Shown: positions 1-15,005 of the stretch, one piece after another
Position numbering within the stretch: the stretch's first letter is position 1
Layout: the number at the start of each line of letters is the position of its first letter
From: Alphaproteobacteria bacterium
Lineage (GTDB): Bacteria > Pseudomonadota > Alphaproteobacteria > SMXQ01
Assembly: GCA_050480665.1 (NCBI GenBank)
Contig: JBJHAU010000001.1
Location: 1 to 24,245 of the forward strand
Length of the DNA: 24,245 bases
Direction: 5' to 3'
The notes under the pieces: model-generated
Databases searched by the model: none
What the model was told of the DNA's origin: nothing
What the model saw: the letters and a program-made list of their open reading frames with translations, nothing else
Made by a program: the position numbers and the translations under genes

Positions 1-2559
<2,559 letters not shown>

Positions 2560-2644
2560 GACCATCCATGCCCGGCTGTGGGAAATCTCGGGGGCCGCAC
2601 GGCGGCCATGCCCGTCTGTCTTTCAGGTATACCCTAACATTCGC

Positions 2645-3519
2645 TTAGGATTTCAGAGCTTTCACCATCGTGGCGCCGATTGTCGCAGGGGATTTGGCAA
2701 TCTTGAAGCCGGCCTTGCGCAAGGCTTCGATCTTGTCGCCGGCGGCGCCGGATCCCCCGGACACGATCGCTCCGGCATGGCCCATGCGCCGGCCCGGGGG
2801 CGCGGTCTGGCCGGCGATGAAACCGACCATGGGCTTTTTCCGGCGCGAGGCGCGGATGAAGGCGGCGGCGTCTTCCTCACCGCTGCCGCCGATTTCGCCG
2901 ATCAGGACGATGCCCTGGGTTTCCTCGTCATCGAGGAACATCTCGAGACAGTCGACGAAACTCGTGCCATGCACCGGATCGCCGCCGATGCCGATGCAGG
3001 TGCTCTGGCCGAGACCGGCCGCCGTGGTCTGGGCCACGGCCTCATAGGTGAGCGTGCCGGAGCGCGACACGATTCCGATCTGTCCCCGGCGATGGATATG
3101 ACCCGGCATGATGCCGATCTTGCAGGCGTCGGGGGTGATCACGCCCGGGCAATTGGGACCGATCAGCCGGGTTGCGGAACCCCGCAGGGCCCGCTTGACC
3201 CGGACCATGTCGAGCGTGGGGATGCCTTCGGTGATGCAGACCACAAGGGGAATCCCGGCATCGATCGCCTCAAGAATGGCGTCGGCCGCAAAGGGGGGCG
3301 GAACGTAGATCACCGAGGCGTTCGCCCCGGTCCGTTCCACCGCCTCGGCGACGGTGTTGAACACCGGAAGATCGAGATGGGTCTCCCCCCCCTTGCCGGG
3401 GGTGACCCCGCCCACCATCCGGGTGCCGTAGGCAATGGCCTGTTCGGAATGAAAGGTGCCCTGGGCACCGGTAAAGCCCTGACAGATGACCTTTGTCGCC
3501 TTGGAAACCAGAACCGCCA

Positions 3520-3520
<1 letters not shown>
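2645..3520 (-). CDS. sucD: Succinyl-CoA synthetase alpha subunit
   Basis: [28 protein letters not shown]; RLIGPNCPG; phospho-His motif RMGHAGAI; start overlaps the sucC stop by 1 nt. Confidence 0.98.
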
Positions 3521-4689
<1,169 letters not shown>

Positions 4690-4776
4690 GGAAATGACGG
4701 GTTCGGGCGTGGAATTCCGCGCGGATTGAAAGAGAAAAGAGGATCGGGACGAATGCCCCGGAACCGACTGCGGGGC

Positions 4777-4804
4777 ACTTTATCACTGCCGCATGGCGAC
4801 GCAA
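4777..4804 (-). promoter_or_regulatory. Candidate sigma70 promoter for sucCD: TTGCGT-N16-TAAAGT with extended -10 TG
   Basis: Minus strand reads TTGCGT (4804-4799), a 16-nt spacer ending TGA, then TAAAGT (4782-4777). It is ~90 nt upstream of the sucC ATG. Motif match only. Confidence 0.45.
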
Positions 4805-4853
4805 TGGCTAATTTTCAAAGCTAATACTATGCGCCCCTGAAATCGACCCTGTG

Positions 4854-4913
4854 CAAGGAGAAGGGCAAGACGAGGGACAAGGCGAGGGGCAAGGAAAGGG
4901 GCGAGGAGAAGGC
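4854..4913 (+). repeat. Five degenerate 12-bp tandem units (consensus CAAGGMGAGGGG)
   Basis: caaggagaaggg/caagacgaggga/caaggcgagggg/caaggaaagggg/cgaggagaaggc in the mdh-sucC intergenic region. Confidence 0.85.
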
Positions 4914-4965
4914 GCCGGAATCAGCCGATATTCCCGGAACACGCCCCGCCCCTGGCGAAAGATTT

Positions 4966-6129
<1,164 letters not shown>

Positions 6130-7110
6130 TCACATCTCGATCACCACATGGCCCTCGCCGGAACGGCTCTCGGCGAAACCATGGGCCTCGGCCAGATCTG
6201 CCAGCGGAAAGCAGCCGGCGATCCTGTGGATCAGGCCATCCCCGGCGGCGGCCTCGTTGATGGCCCTTGCCGCCGCATCCATGGCCGCTTCCGGCATGGT
6301 GTAGCAGAAGACGAAATGGAGGCTCATGTTTCGCGCCCGCCTCGGGGAGACTGTCAGAACCGGGCGTGGCACCCGGGCCGAAGCATAGGAAACGATGGAT
6401 CCGTGTTCGGCCAGGATCCGCTCATTGACCGGAAGGTTGCCGCCGAACTCGACCTCGCAGATCAGGTCGACGCCGTGGCCGCCGGTCCGTTCCAGGATCG
6501 CCGGGGCCAGATCCTCACGCTCCCGATCAAGCACCGTCCAGGCACCAAGCCGGGCCACGGCCCTGATCGTTTCCGCGCCCCGGGCCGCCGCGATCACGCG
6601 CGCTCCGGCCCGGGCGGCAAGCTGCACGCAATAGGCCCCGACCCGGCTTGCGGCGCCGGGCACATAGACCCACCGCCCCGCGGGGGTTCCTGTCACGGTC
6701 ACCACCCGATGCGCCGTCATCAGCGGAATGCCGAAGCAGGCGCCTTCGGTGAAGCTGACCCCTTCGGGCAGGGGACGAACCTGAAAGGCGGGAAGAACGA
6801 TCCGCTCGGCGGCGGTACCGAAGGCCCGCCCATGCTGGGCATTGAACACCCAGACCCGATCGCCCGGGGCGAAGCCGGACACCCCTTCTCCCAGGGCTTC
6901 CACTAGACCTGCCCCGTCGGAATGGGGAACGATTCTGGGAAAGGCCATGGGATTGCGGGTATCGGCGCGGCGCTTCACATCGGACGGGTTGATGCCGGAG
7001 GCATGCAGCCGGACCAGAACCTCGCCCGGGCCGGGGCGGGGATCCTCCATCCTGCCCACGACCAGCACTTCGGACGCCGCCCCGGTGCGCTCATACCAGC
7101 CGGCACGCAT
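6130..7110 (-). CDS. NADPH:quinone reductase, zeta-crystallin-like medium-chain dehydrogenase/reductase
   Basis: P.PGPGEVLVRLHASGINPSD; VPHSDGAG.V..G..V..F..GDRV; GTAAE; G.GVDLICEV..G..L; GHVV at the C-terminus; no Zn-binding Cys cluster. Confidence 0.9.
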   Translation of the reverse strand: MRAGWYERTGAASEVLVVGRMEDPRPGPGEVLVRLHASGINPSDVKRRADTRNPMAFPRIVPHSDGAGLVEALGEGVSGFAPGDRVWVFNAQHGRAFGTAAERIVLPAFQVRPLPEGVSFTEGACFGIPLMTAHRVVTVTGTPAGRWVYVPGAASRVGAYCVQLAARAGARVIAAARGAETIRAVARLGAWTVLDREREDLAPAILERTGGHGVDLICEVEFGGNLPVNERILAEHGSIVSYASARVPRPVLTVSPRRARNMSLHFVFCYTMPEAAMDAAARAINEAAAGDGLIHRIAGCFPLADLAEAHGFAESRSGEGHVVIEM

Positions 7111-7132
7111 GGTTCATGGCCTCTGCTGGCGA

Positions 7133-7972
7133 TCAGGACAGGACATCGAGACCGATATCCACCGCCGGCGCCGATTGCGTCATCCTGCCGGACGAGATGA
7201 AATCCACCCCTGTTTCCGCCTTGGCCCGCACCGTGTCGAGCCGGACCCCGCCGGAACACTCGATGCGGCAGCGGCCGGCAACGATCTTCACCGCCTCGCG
7301 CAGCATTCCCACATCCATGTTGTCGAGCAGGATCATGTCCACGCCGCTTTCGGCGGCCTCCGCCACCTGCTCCAGGGTATCGCATTCCACCTCGATCACC
7401 GTCAGTGCCGGGGTCGCCCGCTTGGCGGCGGCCACCGTCGCGGTAAGGCTGCCGATGGCGGCGATGTGGTTGTCCTTGATCAGAACCCCGTCGTCGAGCC
7501 GGATCCGATGGTTGCGCGCCCCGCCGATGAAGCTTGCGTATTTTGCAAGGTTGCGCAGCGAGGGAATCGTCTTGCGGGTATCGATCATGGTGCAGCCGGT
7601 GCCCTCGATCGCCTCGACATAGCGCCGAACCTCGGTGGCAATGCCCGACAAGTGCTGAAGGATGTTGAGCGCCGTGCGCTCGGCCGCCAGAAGGGCCCGC
7701 GCATTGCCGGAAACGACCGCCAGAACGGTTCCTTTGGCAACCTTGTCGCCATCGGTGACCTGCGGATCGATCTCCAGATCCTCGACCAGAACGGCAAGGG
7801 TCTGCATGGCGATGTCGAGCCCGCAGACCACCAGCTCCTGGCGGGCGACCATGGCGCCGCGGAAAGACGCATCGGCCGGGATCGTGATCATCGAGGTCAG
7901 ATCCCCGCGGCCGATATCCTCGTCCAGCGCGCGGGCGATGAAGTCTTCGATTTCCCCGGGATTCAGATGCAT
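7133..7972 (-). CDS. nadC: Nicotinate-nucleotide pyrophosphorylase (quinolinate phosphoribosyltransferase)
   Basis: ALDEDIGRGDLTS; AERTALNILQHLSGIAT; DTRKT; NHR..LDDGVLIKDNH; IEVECD; ILLDNM; ECSGG; D.ISSG.MTQSA..VDIGLD. Confidence 0.95.
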   Translation of the reverse strand: MHLNPGEIEDFIARALDEDIGRGDLTSMITIPADASFRGAMVARQELVVCGLDIAMQTLAVLVEDLEIDPQVTDGDKVAKGTVLAVVSGNARALLAAERTALNILQHLSGIATEVRRYVEAIEGTGCTMIDTRKTIPSLRNLAKYASFIGGARNHRIRLDDGVLIKDNHIAAIGSLTATVAAAKRATPALTVIEVECDTLEQVAEAAESGVDMILLDNMDVGMLREAVKIVAGRCRIECSGGVRLDTVRAKAETGVDFISSGRMTQSAPAVDIGLDVLS

Positions 7973-8044
7973 GGCGAACTCCTTCGGCGGCTAGGGGGCC
8001 GGATGGCCCGGATGAAGCACGGACAGGGCCCCGCGCGAAGCGGC

Positions 8045-9307
8045 TCATCCGCTGCGAGGCGGGGCCGGATCTGGCGGATCGGATGAAGCGGGACGTTCTT
8101 GAGACGGCCGGGCCTCATGGCCCGCCCGGGTCACATGATCCAGGGCTTTGTACTCCCGGCTCTGCATCTCGATCAACCGTGAGACGGTACGGGCAAAGGC
8201 GAAGGCGACATCGCCGCTGGGATACAGGGCCTCGGGCCGGGCCTCGGCGGAGCAGACCAGCTTCACCCGATGCTCGTAGAGAGCATCGATCAGGGTCACG
8301 AAGCGTGCTGCCCTGTCGCGCTGCTCCGGCCTCAGCGCGGGAATGCCCGAGATCAGGACACTGTGATAGGCATTGGCGATGGCCAGGTAATCGGCGGCCC
8401 CGAGCGGGCGGCCGCAAAGCTCCTCGAAGGTGAACCAGGCCACCCCGCGGGCGGCGCGCGGCACGGTCAGCACCCGCCCCTGCACGGAAAGGGTATCCTC
8501 GCCACTTTCCGCCGCATCCCCGTTGTCATCGATCAGCTTGCGGAAGATCCCGTCCAGCGAGGCTTCCGCCGCCGCATCGGCCGGGGTGAAATAGACCTCG
8601 AGCGAGGCCAGCCGGGCCATCCGGTAATCCTGTTCGCCGTCAAGATGCAGAACCTTCAGCCGGCGCTTGAGCAGGGCGATGAACGGCAGGAAGCGCTCAC
8701 GCTGCAGACCGTCGCGATAGAGATCGTCAGGGGCCAGATTCGAGGTGGCGACCATCACCACGCCGCGCTCGAACAGGGCCGTGAACAGGCGCGAGAGAAT
8801 CATGGCATCGGCCACGTTGGTCACCTGAAACTCGTCGAAGCAGAGAAGCCACGTCCTGCGCGCGACATCCTCGGCAATGCGGATCAGGGGGTCGGTGTCC
8901 CCGGCCGGGCTTCTGCTGCGGCGCCAGGCATGAAGCCTTTCATGCACCTCCAGCATGAAGGCATGAAAATGAACCCGTCGGCGATGCCGTTGTGCCACGG
9001 GAACGGTGCGGAAAAACAGATCCATCAGCATCGATTTGCCACGCCCGACGCCGCCATGCAGGTAAAGCCCACATGGCGCCACCGCCGCACCCGGAGGCGG
9101 GGCGGCCTTTGCGCCCCGTCGCCGGACGAGGCCCAGCCGCGCAAGAATGGCCCCCATGCGCCCGCCCGAAGCCCGGCGCGGCCGGTATCCGGCAAGGGAT
9201 CGGGACAGGGCCTCAAGGGCTTCCATGACCTGGGCCTGGCCCGGATCGGCGGCAAGACCTTCATCCTGCAGCAGGGCCCGATAGGCGGAAAGCGGGGTTG
9301 TCGGCAT
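8045..9307 (-). CDS. zapE: AFG1/ZapE-family ATPase
   Basis: Walker A GLYLHGGVGRGKSMLMDLF; RVHFHAFM; Walker B LLCFDEFQVTNVADAMIL; ATSN..PDDLYRDGLQRERFLPFI; RFVTLIDALYE; position between sdh and mdh is typical of Alphaproteobacteria. Confidence 0.93.
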   Translation of the reverse strand: MPTTPLSAYRALLQDEGLAADPGQAQVMEALEALSRSLAGYRPRRASGGRMGAILARLGLVRRRGAKAAPPPGAAVAPCGLYLHGGVGRGKSMLMDLFFRTVPVAQRHRRRVHFHAFMLEVHERLHAWRRSRSPAGDTDPLIRIAEDVARRTWLLCFDEFQVTNVADAMILSRLFTALFERGVVMVATSNLAPDDLYRDGLQRERFLPFIALLKRRLKVLHLDGEQDYRMARLASLEVYFTPADAAAEASLDGIFRKLIDDNGDAAESGEDTLSVQGRVLTVPRAARGVAWFTFEELCGRPLGAADYLAIANAYHSVLISGIPALRPEQRDRAARFVTLIDALYEHRVKLVCSAEARPEALYPSGDVAFAFARTVSRLIEMQSREYKALDHVTRAGHEARPSQERPASSDPPDPAPPRSG

Positions 9308-9317
9308 GGCGGCGGGA

Positions 9318-10253
9318 TCAATCTCGGGAAGAAGGACGGCCCGGCCCGGTGACGGCCGGTGCCTGATGGCGTGTGCGCGAGAGAATATAGAGGTTCGCGC
9401 CGATGATCACCGCTGCGCCGGCAAAGGTCCAGAGTCCGGGAAACTCGTTGAACAGGGCATAGCCCCAGGCCACCGCGAAGATCAGGCGAACATATTCGAA
9501 CGGTTCGACCACTGTCGCCTCACCGGCACGCAGGCTGTGAACGATGCAGGTCTGCGCCGCCGCCCCAAGACCGCCCATCAGCGCCAGCAGGGCAAGTTCC
9601 ATGAGGTTCGGCGTCACCCAGACGAAAAGGGTCGGAGGCAACAGAAGAAGGGTCGAGACCACGCTGTACCAGATCATGATGGTCATCGGTTCCTCGGTGG
9701 TGGCCAGCCGCTTGACGCAGACATGCGCAAGACAGAAGAACAGCGCCGATGCCAGCGCCGCCAGCGCCCCAAGCTCCCAGACCCCGCCGAAGCCCGGCCG
9801 AACCATGAGCAGGACACCCAGAAACCCCACCAGGGTTGCCAGCGCCCGGCGGCGGCGGATCGCCTCGCCCAGCAGCAGGACCGCCACCACGATCATGAAC
9901 AGCGGCCGGGTGAAGGAAATGGCCGTGGCATCGGCCAGGGAAATGGTGGTGATGGCGTAGAAGACACAGAAGCTGGCCATCGCCCCGAGCGCGGCGCGCA
10001 ACAGATGAAGACCAACCCGGCGCGTCTTGAATCCGGCCGGGCCCAACCGCATCACGAAGGGCAGGATGGCCGGAACCGCAAACAGGGCGCGGAAGAAGGT
10101 GAGTTCCACGCTGTGAAAAGTTTCGCCCAAAGCCTTGCCGACCGCCTGCATCGAGGAAAAGGCCACGGTGGAGGCCATCATCCACAGCGCCCCGCGCATG
10201 TTGCCCGGCAGGGCTTCGAACCGCTGACGAAGAAGGGCGGGCTTCAGAATCAT
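9318..10253 (-). CDS. DMT/EamA-family transporter (paralog 1)
   Basis: About 10 hydrophobic segments in two EamA halves; ADATAISFTRPLF; LLGE.IR.RR..A..VGFLGVL..VRP; GEAT.V.PFEY. ATGA overlap with the upstream paralog at 10250-10253. Confidence 0.9.
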   Translation of the reverse strand: MILKPALLRQRFEALPGNMRGALWMMASTVAFSSMQAVGKALGETFHSVELTFFRALFAVPAILPFVMRLGPAGFKTRRVGLHLLRAALGAMASFCVFYAITTISLADATAISFTRPLFMIVVAVLLLGEAIRRRRALATLVGFLGVLLMVRPGFGGVWELGALAALASALFFCLAHVCVKRLATTEEPMTIMIWYSVVSTLLLLPPTLFVWVTPNLMELALLALMGGLGAAAQTCIVHSLRAGEATVVEPFEYVRLIFAVAWGYALFNEFPGLWTFAGAAVIIGANLYILSRTRHQAPAVTGPGRPSSRD

Positions 10254-11245
10254 CGTGGAGGCCGCTGCTCTTGAGATCGCGTCGCCGGGGATCGCATTTC
10301 TGGCTGTGCCCGGGATACGGCTTCGGCGCGGGCCTGACGCTGGGCAACATAGAGGGTCGCGCCGATGATGATCGCCGATCCGGTGATTGTCCAGGCATCG
10401 GGGAAGGTTGCGAAGAGGATGATATCGAAGGCGATGGCATACAGCAGGCGGCCATAATCGAAGGGCATCAGGGCGGTCGCTTCACCCGCCCGGAAGCCCA
10501 TGGTGATCAGCCCCTGGCCTGCGGCATAGAGAACCCCTGTCAGGATCAGCCAGGCGAATTCCGCGGCACTGGGGGTCACCCAGACCAGGGCCGCCGGAAG
10601 GGCGCCGACCGCCGTCGAGATCACCAGGTAATAGAACACCACGGTCAGCGGCGAATCCACGCCCGCCGCCTTCTTCAGGAAGACATGGGCGGAGGCATGA
10701 CACAGGGTGGAGAAGACAAGAACGGCCAGGGGCAGGGAGATCCCATCGATCACCGGGCGGGCGACGATCAGGACGCCGAGAAAGCCGACACAGATCGCGG
10801 TCCAGCGCCGCCAGCGCACCCGTTCGCCCAAAAACAGCACCGCGAGGACAACCAGGAACAGAGGCCGGGTGAAGGTGATCGCCGTCACCACGGCAAGAGA
10901 CAGATGCGCCAGGGCGTAGTAGACACAGACCTGACCGACGCCGCCCAGAAGTCCCCGCCCGAGATGCAGACCGGGTCTTCGGGTTCGCACGATCGAAGGG
11001 CCCGCCCGCAGAAGCAGCGGCACCAGAAAGGGCAAGGCCAGAAGGCAACGGAAGAAATTGATCTCGAAGGGATGGATGGTCGCTGTCAGCTCCTTGGCCA
11101 CCGCCATCGCGCATGTGAAGCAGAAACCGCCAAGCAGCATCCACAGGCCGCCGCGCAGATTGCCGGGGATCGCCACCCAGCGGCCTTCGATCCGCCTGCA
11201 CGAAGCGGCCACGGCCTTCGGCAGGAAAATCCGGCCGAACCCCAC
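10250..11245 (-). CDS. DMT/EamA-family transporter (paralog 2)
   Basis: Same architecture: AVVTAITFTRPLF; FLGERVRWRRW.A..VGFLGVL..ARP; GEATALMPFDY. GTG start immediately follows the upstream TAG; the start is uncertain. Confidence 0.88.
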   Translation of the reverse strand: MGFGRIFLPKAVAASCRRIEGRWVAIPGNLRGGLWMLLGGFCFTCAMAVAKELTATIHPFEINFFRCLLALPFLVPLLLRAGPSIVRTRRPGLHLGRGLLGGVGQVCVYYALAHLSLAVVTAITFTRPLFLVVLAVLFLGERVRWRRWTAICVGFLGVLIVARPVIDGISLPLAVLVFSTLCHASAHVFLKKAAGVDSPLTVVFYYLVISTAVGALPAALVWVTPSAAEFAWLILTGVLYAAGQGLITMGFRAGEATALMPFDYGRLLYAIAFDIILFATFPDAWTITGSAIIIGATLYVAQRQARAEAVSRAQPEMRSPATRSQEQRPPR

Positions 11246-11938
11246 CTAAAGCGATGAAAGCAGCGCAAGCGCGGCTTTTGTCGAAGCCGCATCGGCGGCC
11301 GCATCGTAGGATGGCCGCCCCTTGCCGGTGAAGCCGTGCACGCAGCCGGGATAGACGTGAACGCGCACCCCGGGCTTGCCTTCCAGGGCGGCGCGTGTTG
11401 CCTCCACCTCCGCCATCGGGATCGAGGGATCGCTGTCGCCGACATGGATCGACAAGGGGCAGGCGAGCCGGTCGGCCTCGTCGAGGTTGAGCCCGATCTT
11501 GGTGCCGTGAAAGGAGACCCCGCCCTCGACCCCGAGGCGGGTTCCCGCCAGATAGGCATAGCGCCCGCCGAAGCAATAGCCGAAGACGACAACCTTGCCG
11601 TTGCACGCCGCATCCTTGCGCAGCCAGGCCACGGCATCGCCCAGATCGGCCACGCCCTGATCCACATCGAATCCCGCGTAGCGGGCCTGCGCCTTGTCCC
11701 GATCCTCGCCCTCGCGGCCAAGAGGGCCGGGAATGCTGCGCCAGAACAGATCGGGCACCAGCACCGGATAGCCCTTCTCCGCATAGAAGGCCATGATATC
11801 GCGGGTGCCTTCATCAAGGCCGAAGATCGCCGGGACAAGCACGATCCCCGGCGCCTTCGCGGCTGCCGCCTGAGGACGCAGGATCTCCGCAGGCATGGCG
11901 CCGCCATCGGCCGTTGTGATCGAAAGGCTTTCGTGCAT
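11246..11938 (-). CDS. Dienelactone hydrolase family protein
   Basis: Start MHESLSITTADGG (GGAGGGGGAG upstream); nucleophile elbow GYCFGG; GDSD acid; YPGCVHGF catalytic His; GYPVLVPDLF. Confidence 0.92.
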   Translation of the reverse strand: MHESLSITTADGGAMPAEILRPQAAAAKAPGIVLVPAIFGLDEGTRDIMAFYAEKGYPVLVPDLFWRSIPGPLGREGEDRDKAQARYAGFDVDQGVADLGDAVAWLRKDAACNGKVVVFGYCFGGRYAYLAGTRLGVEGGVSFHGTKIGLNLDEADRLACPLSIHVGDSDPSIPMAEVEATRAALEGKPGVRVHVYPGCVHGFTGKGRPSYDAAADAASTKAALALLSSL

Positions 11939-12012
11939 CGGCAGTCTCCCCCTCCGGCACGGGCCCCGGCAAGGGCGCGCTGGACCTCGTTGTGACGGCT
12001 CTCTCCCGCGCC

Positions 12013-12792
12013 CTAGCGCCGCTGGACCATCAGCTGCTTGATCTCGCCGATCGCCTTGGCCGGATTCAACCCCTTGGGACAGGTGTTGGTACAGTTCATG
12101 ATGGTATGGCAACGATACAGGCGGAACGGATCCTCCAGCGCATCGAGCCGTTCGCCGGTATGCTCGTCGCGGGAATCGGCAATCCAGCGATAGGATTGCA
12201 GCAGGATGGCCGGGCCGAGGAAGCGGTCGCCGTTCCACCAGTAGCTCGGGCAGGCGGTGGAGCAGCAGAAACAGAGGATGCATTCCCAAAGCCCATCGAG
12301 CTTCTTGCGCTCTTCCGGAGACTGGAGCCGTTCCCCCCGGGTCGGGGCCGGGGTTTCCGTCTTGAGCCATGGCTCGATCGAGGTGTACTGGGCATAGACC
12401 GTCGAAAGATCGGGCACCAGATCCTTCATCACCTTCATGTGGGGAAGCGGGGTGATCTTCACCTCGCCCTTGATGTCGGAAATCGCCTTGGTGCAGGCCA
12501 GGGTGTTGGTGCCATCGACATTCATGGCGCAGGACCCGCAGACCCCCTCGCGGCAGGAACGGCGGAAGGTCAGGGTCGGGTCGATCTCGTTCTTGATCTT
12601 GATCAGGGCATCAAGAACCATCGGCCCGCAGCTGTCGAGATCCACCTCGAAGGAGTCGAGGCGAGGATTTTCCCCGGTATCGGGATCCCAGCGATAGACC
12701 TTGAAGGTGCGAAGGGTTCCCCCGCCGGAGGAAGACGTGTGGCTCTTGCCTTCGGTCACACGGGAATTTCTGGGCAGCGCGAGTTCAACCAT
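12013..12792 (-). CDS. sdhB: Succinate dehydrogenase iron-sulfur subunit
   Basis: Start [10 protein letters not shown]; [13 protein letters not shown]; [16 protein letters not shown]; [17 protein letters not shown]. Confidence 0.98.
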   Translation of the reverse strand: MVELALPRNSRVTEGKSHTSSSGGGTLRTFKVYRWDPDTGENPRLDSFEVDLDSCGPMVLDALIKIKNEIDPTLTFRRSCREGVCGSCAMNVDGTNTLACTKAISDIKGEVKITPLPHMKVMKDLVPDLSTVYAQYTSIEPWLKTETPAPTRGERLQSPEERKKLDGLWECILCFCCSTACPSYWWNGDRFLGPAILLQSYRWIADSRDEHTGERLDALEDPFRLYRCHTIMNCTNTCPKGLNPAKAIGEIKQLMVQRR

Positions 12793-12817
12793 CAGACAGG
12801 TCCTGTTCCCCGACTCA

Positions 12818-14608
12818 CTAGTAGACCCGCTCCTTGGGCGGGATGGATTCGATATCCTTGCTGAGCGGCTCCAGATGCACCGGCCGATACGCCAGCCGCA
12901 CCGCGCGAGGACCATCGTAATAGCCGACCGTGTGCTTCATCCAGGCCGCATCGTCCCGGTCGGGAAAATCCTCATGGGCGTGGGCGCCCCGGCTTTCCTT
13001 GCGGGCTTCGGCGCTGTGCAGGGTCACCACCGCCTGGCTCATCAGATTGTCCAGCTCGAGGGTTTCCACAAGATCGGAATTCCAGATCATCGAACGATCC
13101 GCGACCGAGAGATCGTCCAGCCCCTCGGCTGAGGCGCCGATCAGCGCCACGCCTTCCTTCAGCACCTCGGCAGTGCGGAAAACGGCGCAGTTGTTCTGCA
13201 TCACCTTCTGCATGCGCTGGCGAAGTTCGGCCGTCGGCGTTCCTCCGTCGGCATGGCGGAGACGGTCGAGCCGGGCAAGCCCGGCCTCGCCATCGGAAGG
13301 CTTGAGCCCGATGGGCGCCGAGGAGGGCTTCACCGTCTCGCGGGCACGAAGCGCGGCGGCGCGCCCGAAGACGATGATGTCGAGCAGCGAATTGCAGCCC
13401 AGCCGGTTGGCCCCATGCACCGAAACGCAGGCCGCCTCGCCGATGGCCATGAGGCCGGGCACCACGCGATCCGGATCATCGGCGGTCGGGTTGATGACCT
13501 CGGCATGATAATTGGTGGGAATGCCGCCCATGTTGTAATGCACCGTCGGCAGCACGGGGATCGGCTCACGCGTCACATCGACACCGGCAAAGATTTTGGC
13601 CGTCTCGGAAATGCCGGGCAGGCGTTCATGCAAAAGATCGGCGTCGAGATGCTCGAGGTGCAGATAGATGTGATCCTTCTCGGGCCCGACCCCGCGGCCT
13701 TCGCGGATCTCGATGGTCATGGAGCGCGAGACCACATCGCGCGAGGCCAGATCCTTCACCGTGGGGGCGTAGCGTTCCATGAAACGCTCGCCCTCGGCAT
13801 TGGTGATGTAGCCGCCCTCGCCGCGCGCCCCTTCGGTGATCAGGCAACCGGAGCCATAGATGCCGGTGGGGTGGAACTGGATGAACTCCATGTCCTGCAA
13901 CGGCAGGCCGGCACGCAGCACCATGGCATTGCCGTCGCCGGTGCAGGTATGGGCCGAGGTGCAGGAGAAATAGGCGCGGCCGTAACCGCCGGTCGCCAGC
14001 ACAGTCAGGGGTGCCGAGAAGCGGTGGATGGTGCCATCTTCGAGGTTCCAGGCAATCACCCCCCGGCAGGCCCCGTCCTCGGTCATCATCAGGTCGAGGG
14101 CAAAATATTCGACGAAGAACTGGGCCTTGTGCTTGAGCGACTGTTGATAGAGCGTGTGCAGGATCGCATGGCCGGTCCGGTCGGCTGCGGCACAGGCGCG
14201 ATGGGCGAGCTTCTCGCCATAATTCACCGTGTGCCCCCCGAAGGGCCGCTGGTAGATCTTGCCCTCTTCGGTGCGCGAGAAGGGCACCCCGAAATGCTCC
14301 AGCTCGGTGATCGCGGCAGAGGCCTCGCGCACCATGTATTCGATGGCATCCTGATCGCCCAGCCAGTCCGAGCCCTTCACCGTGTCGTACATGTGGAAGC
14401 GCCAGTCATCCTCGCCCATGTTGCCGAGCGAGGCGCCGACGCCGCCCTGGGCGGCCACCGTATGGCTGCGGGTGGGAAACACCTTGGTGATGCAGGCCGT
14501 GTTGAGCCCCGCGGCCGTCATGCCAAGGGTGGCGCGCAATCCTGCACCCCCGGCGCCGATCACGATGACGTCGAAATGGTGGTCGATGATCTCGTAGCTT
14601 TTCTGCAT
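12818..14608 (-). CDS. sdhA: Succinate dehydrogenase flavoprotein subunit
   Basis: Start [10 protein letters not shown]; VIGAGGAG; covalent-FAD motif [10 protein letters not shown]; QFHPTG; [10 protein letters not shown]; [12 protein letters not shown]; RKESRGAH; ends KERVY. Confidence 0.98.
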   Translation of the reverse strand: MQKSYEIIDHHFDVIVIGAGGAGLRATLGMTAAGLNTACITKVFPTRSHTVAAQGGVGASLGNMGEDDWRFHMYDTVKGSDWLGDQDAIEYMVREASAAITELEHFGVPFSRTEEGKIYQRPFGGHTVNYGEKLAHRACAAADRTGHAILHTLYQQSLKHKAQFFVEYFALDLMMTEDGACRGVIAWNLEDGTIHRFSAPLTVLATGGYGRAYFSCTSAHTCTGDGNAMVLRAGLPLQDMEFIQFHPTGIYGSGCLITEGARGEGGYITNAEGERFMERYAPTVKDLASRDVVSRSMTIEIREGRGVGPEKDHIYLHLEHLDADLLHERLPGISETAKIFAGVDVTREPIPVLPTVHYNMGGIPTNYHAEVINPTADDPDRVVPGLMAIGEAACVSVHGANRLGCNSLLDIIVFGRAAALRARETVKPSSAPIGLKPSDGEAGLARLDRLRHADGGTPTAELRQRMQKVMQNNCAVFRTAEVLKEGVALIGASAEGLDDLSVADRSMIWNSDLVETLELDNLMSQAVVTLHSAEARKESRGAHAHEDFPDRDDAAWMKHTVGYYDGPRAVRLAYRPVHLEPLSKDIESIPPKERVY

Positions 14609-14612
14609 CACA

Positions 14613-15002
14613 TCAATGTCCGAGAGAAATCTTGAGAACCGCGTAGATTCCGGCAAGGGCCGCCACCACCGAACCGAGCTTCACGGCAATCACCAGGGCG
14701 AAGCGGGCCGCCTCTGCATGCACGTAATCCTCGATCACCACCTGAAGGCCGAGCTGAAGGTGATGAAACCCGGCAGCCAGAAGCAGGATCATGGCCACCG
14801 CCGCAACCGGGCCGGACAGCCAGGCCACAACCTCGCCATGGGAGGCTCCCGCCATGGCGACGAGCGAGACGGCAAACCAGAAGACCAGAGGGACCAGAGC
14901 CACCGCCGTGATCCGCTGAATCCACCAGTGGCCGGCCCCGTCATGGGCCGAGCCCAGACCGCGGACCCGGCCAAGACGGCTTCGGAAGGAGTCTCCACGC
15001 AT
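14613..15002 (-). CDS. sdhD: Succinate dehydrogenase membrane anchor subunit
   Basis: [22 protein letters not shown]; [14 protein letters not shown]. Confidence 0.96.
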   Translation of the reverse strand: MRGDSFRSRLGRVRGLGSAHDGAGHWWIQRITAVALVPLVFWFAVSLVAMAGASHGEVVAWLSGPVAAVAMILLLAAGFHHLQLGLQVVIEDYVHAEAARFALVIAVKLGSVVAALAGIYAVLKISLGH

Positions 15003-15005
15003 CGA

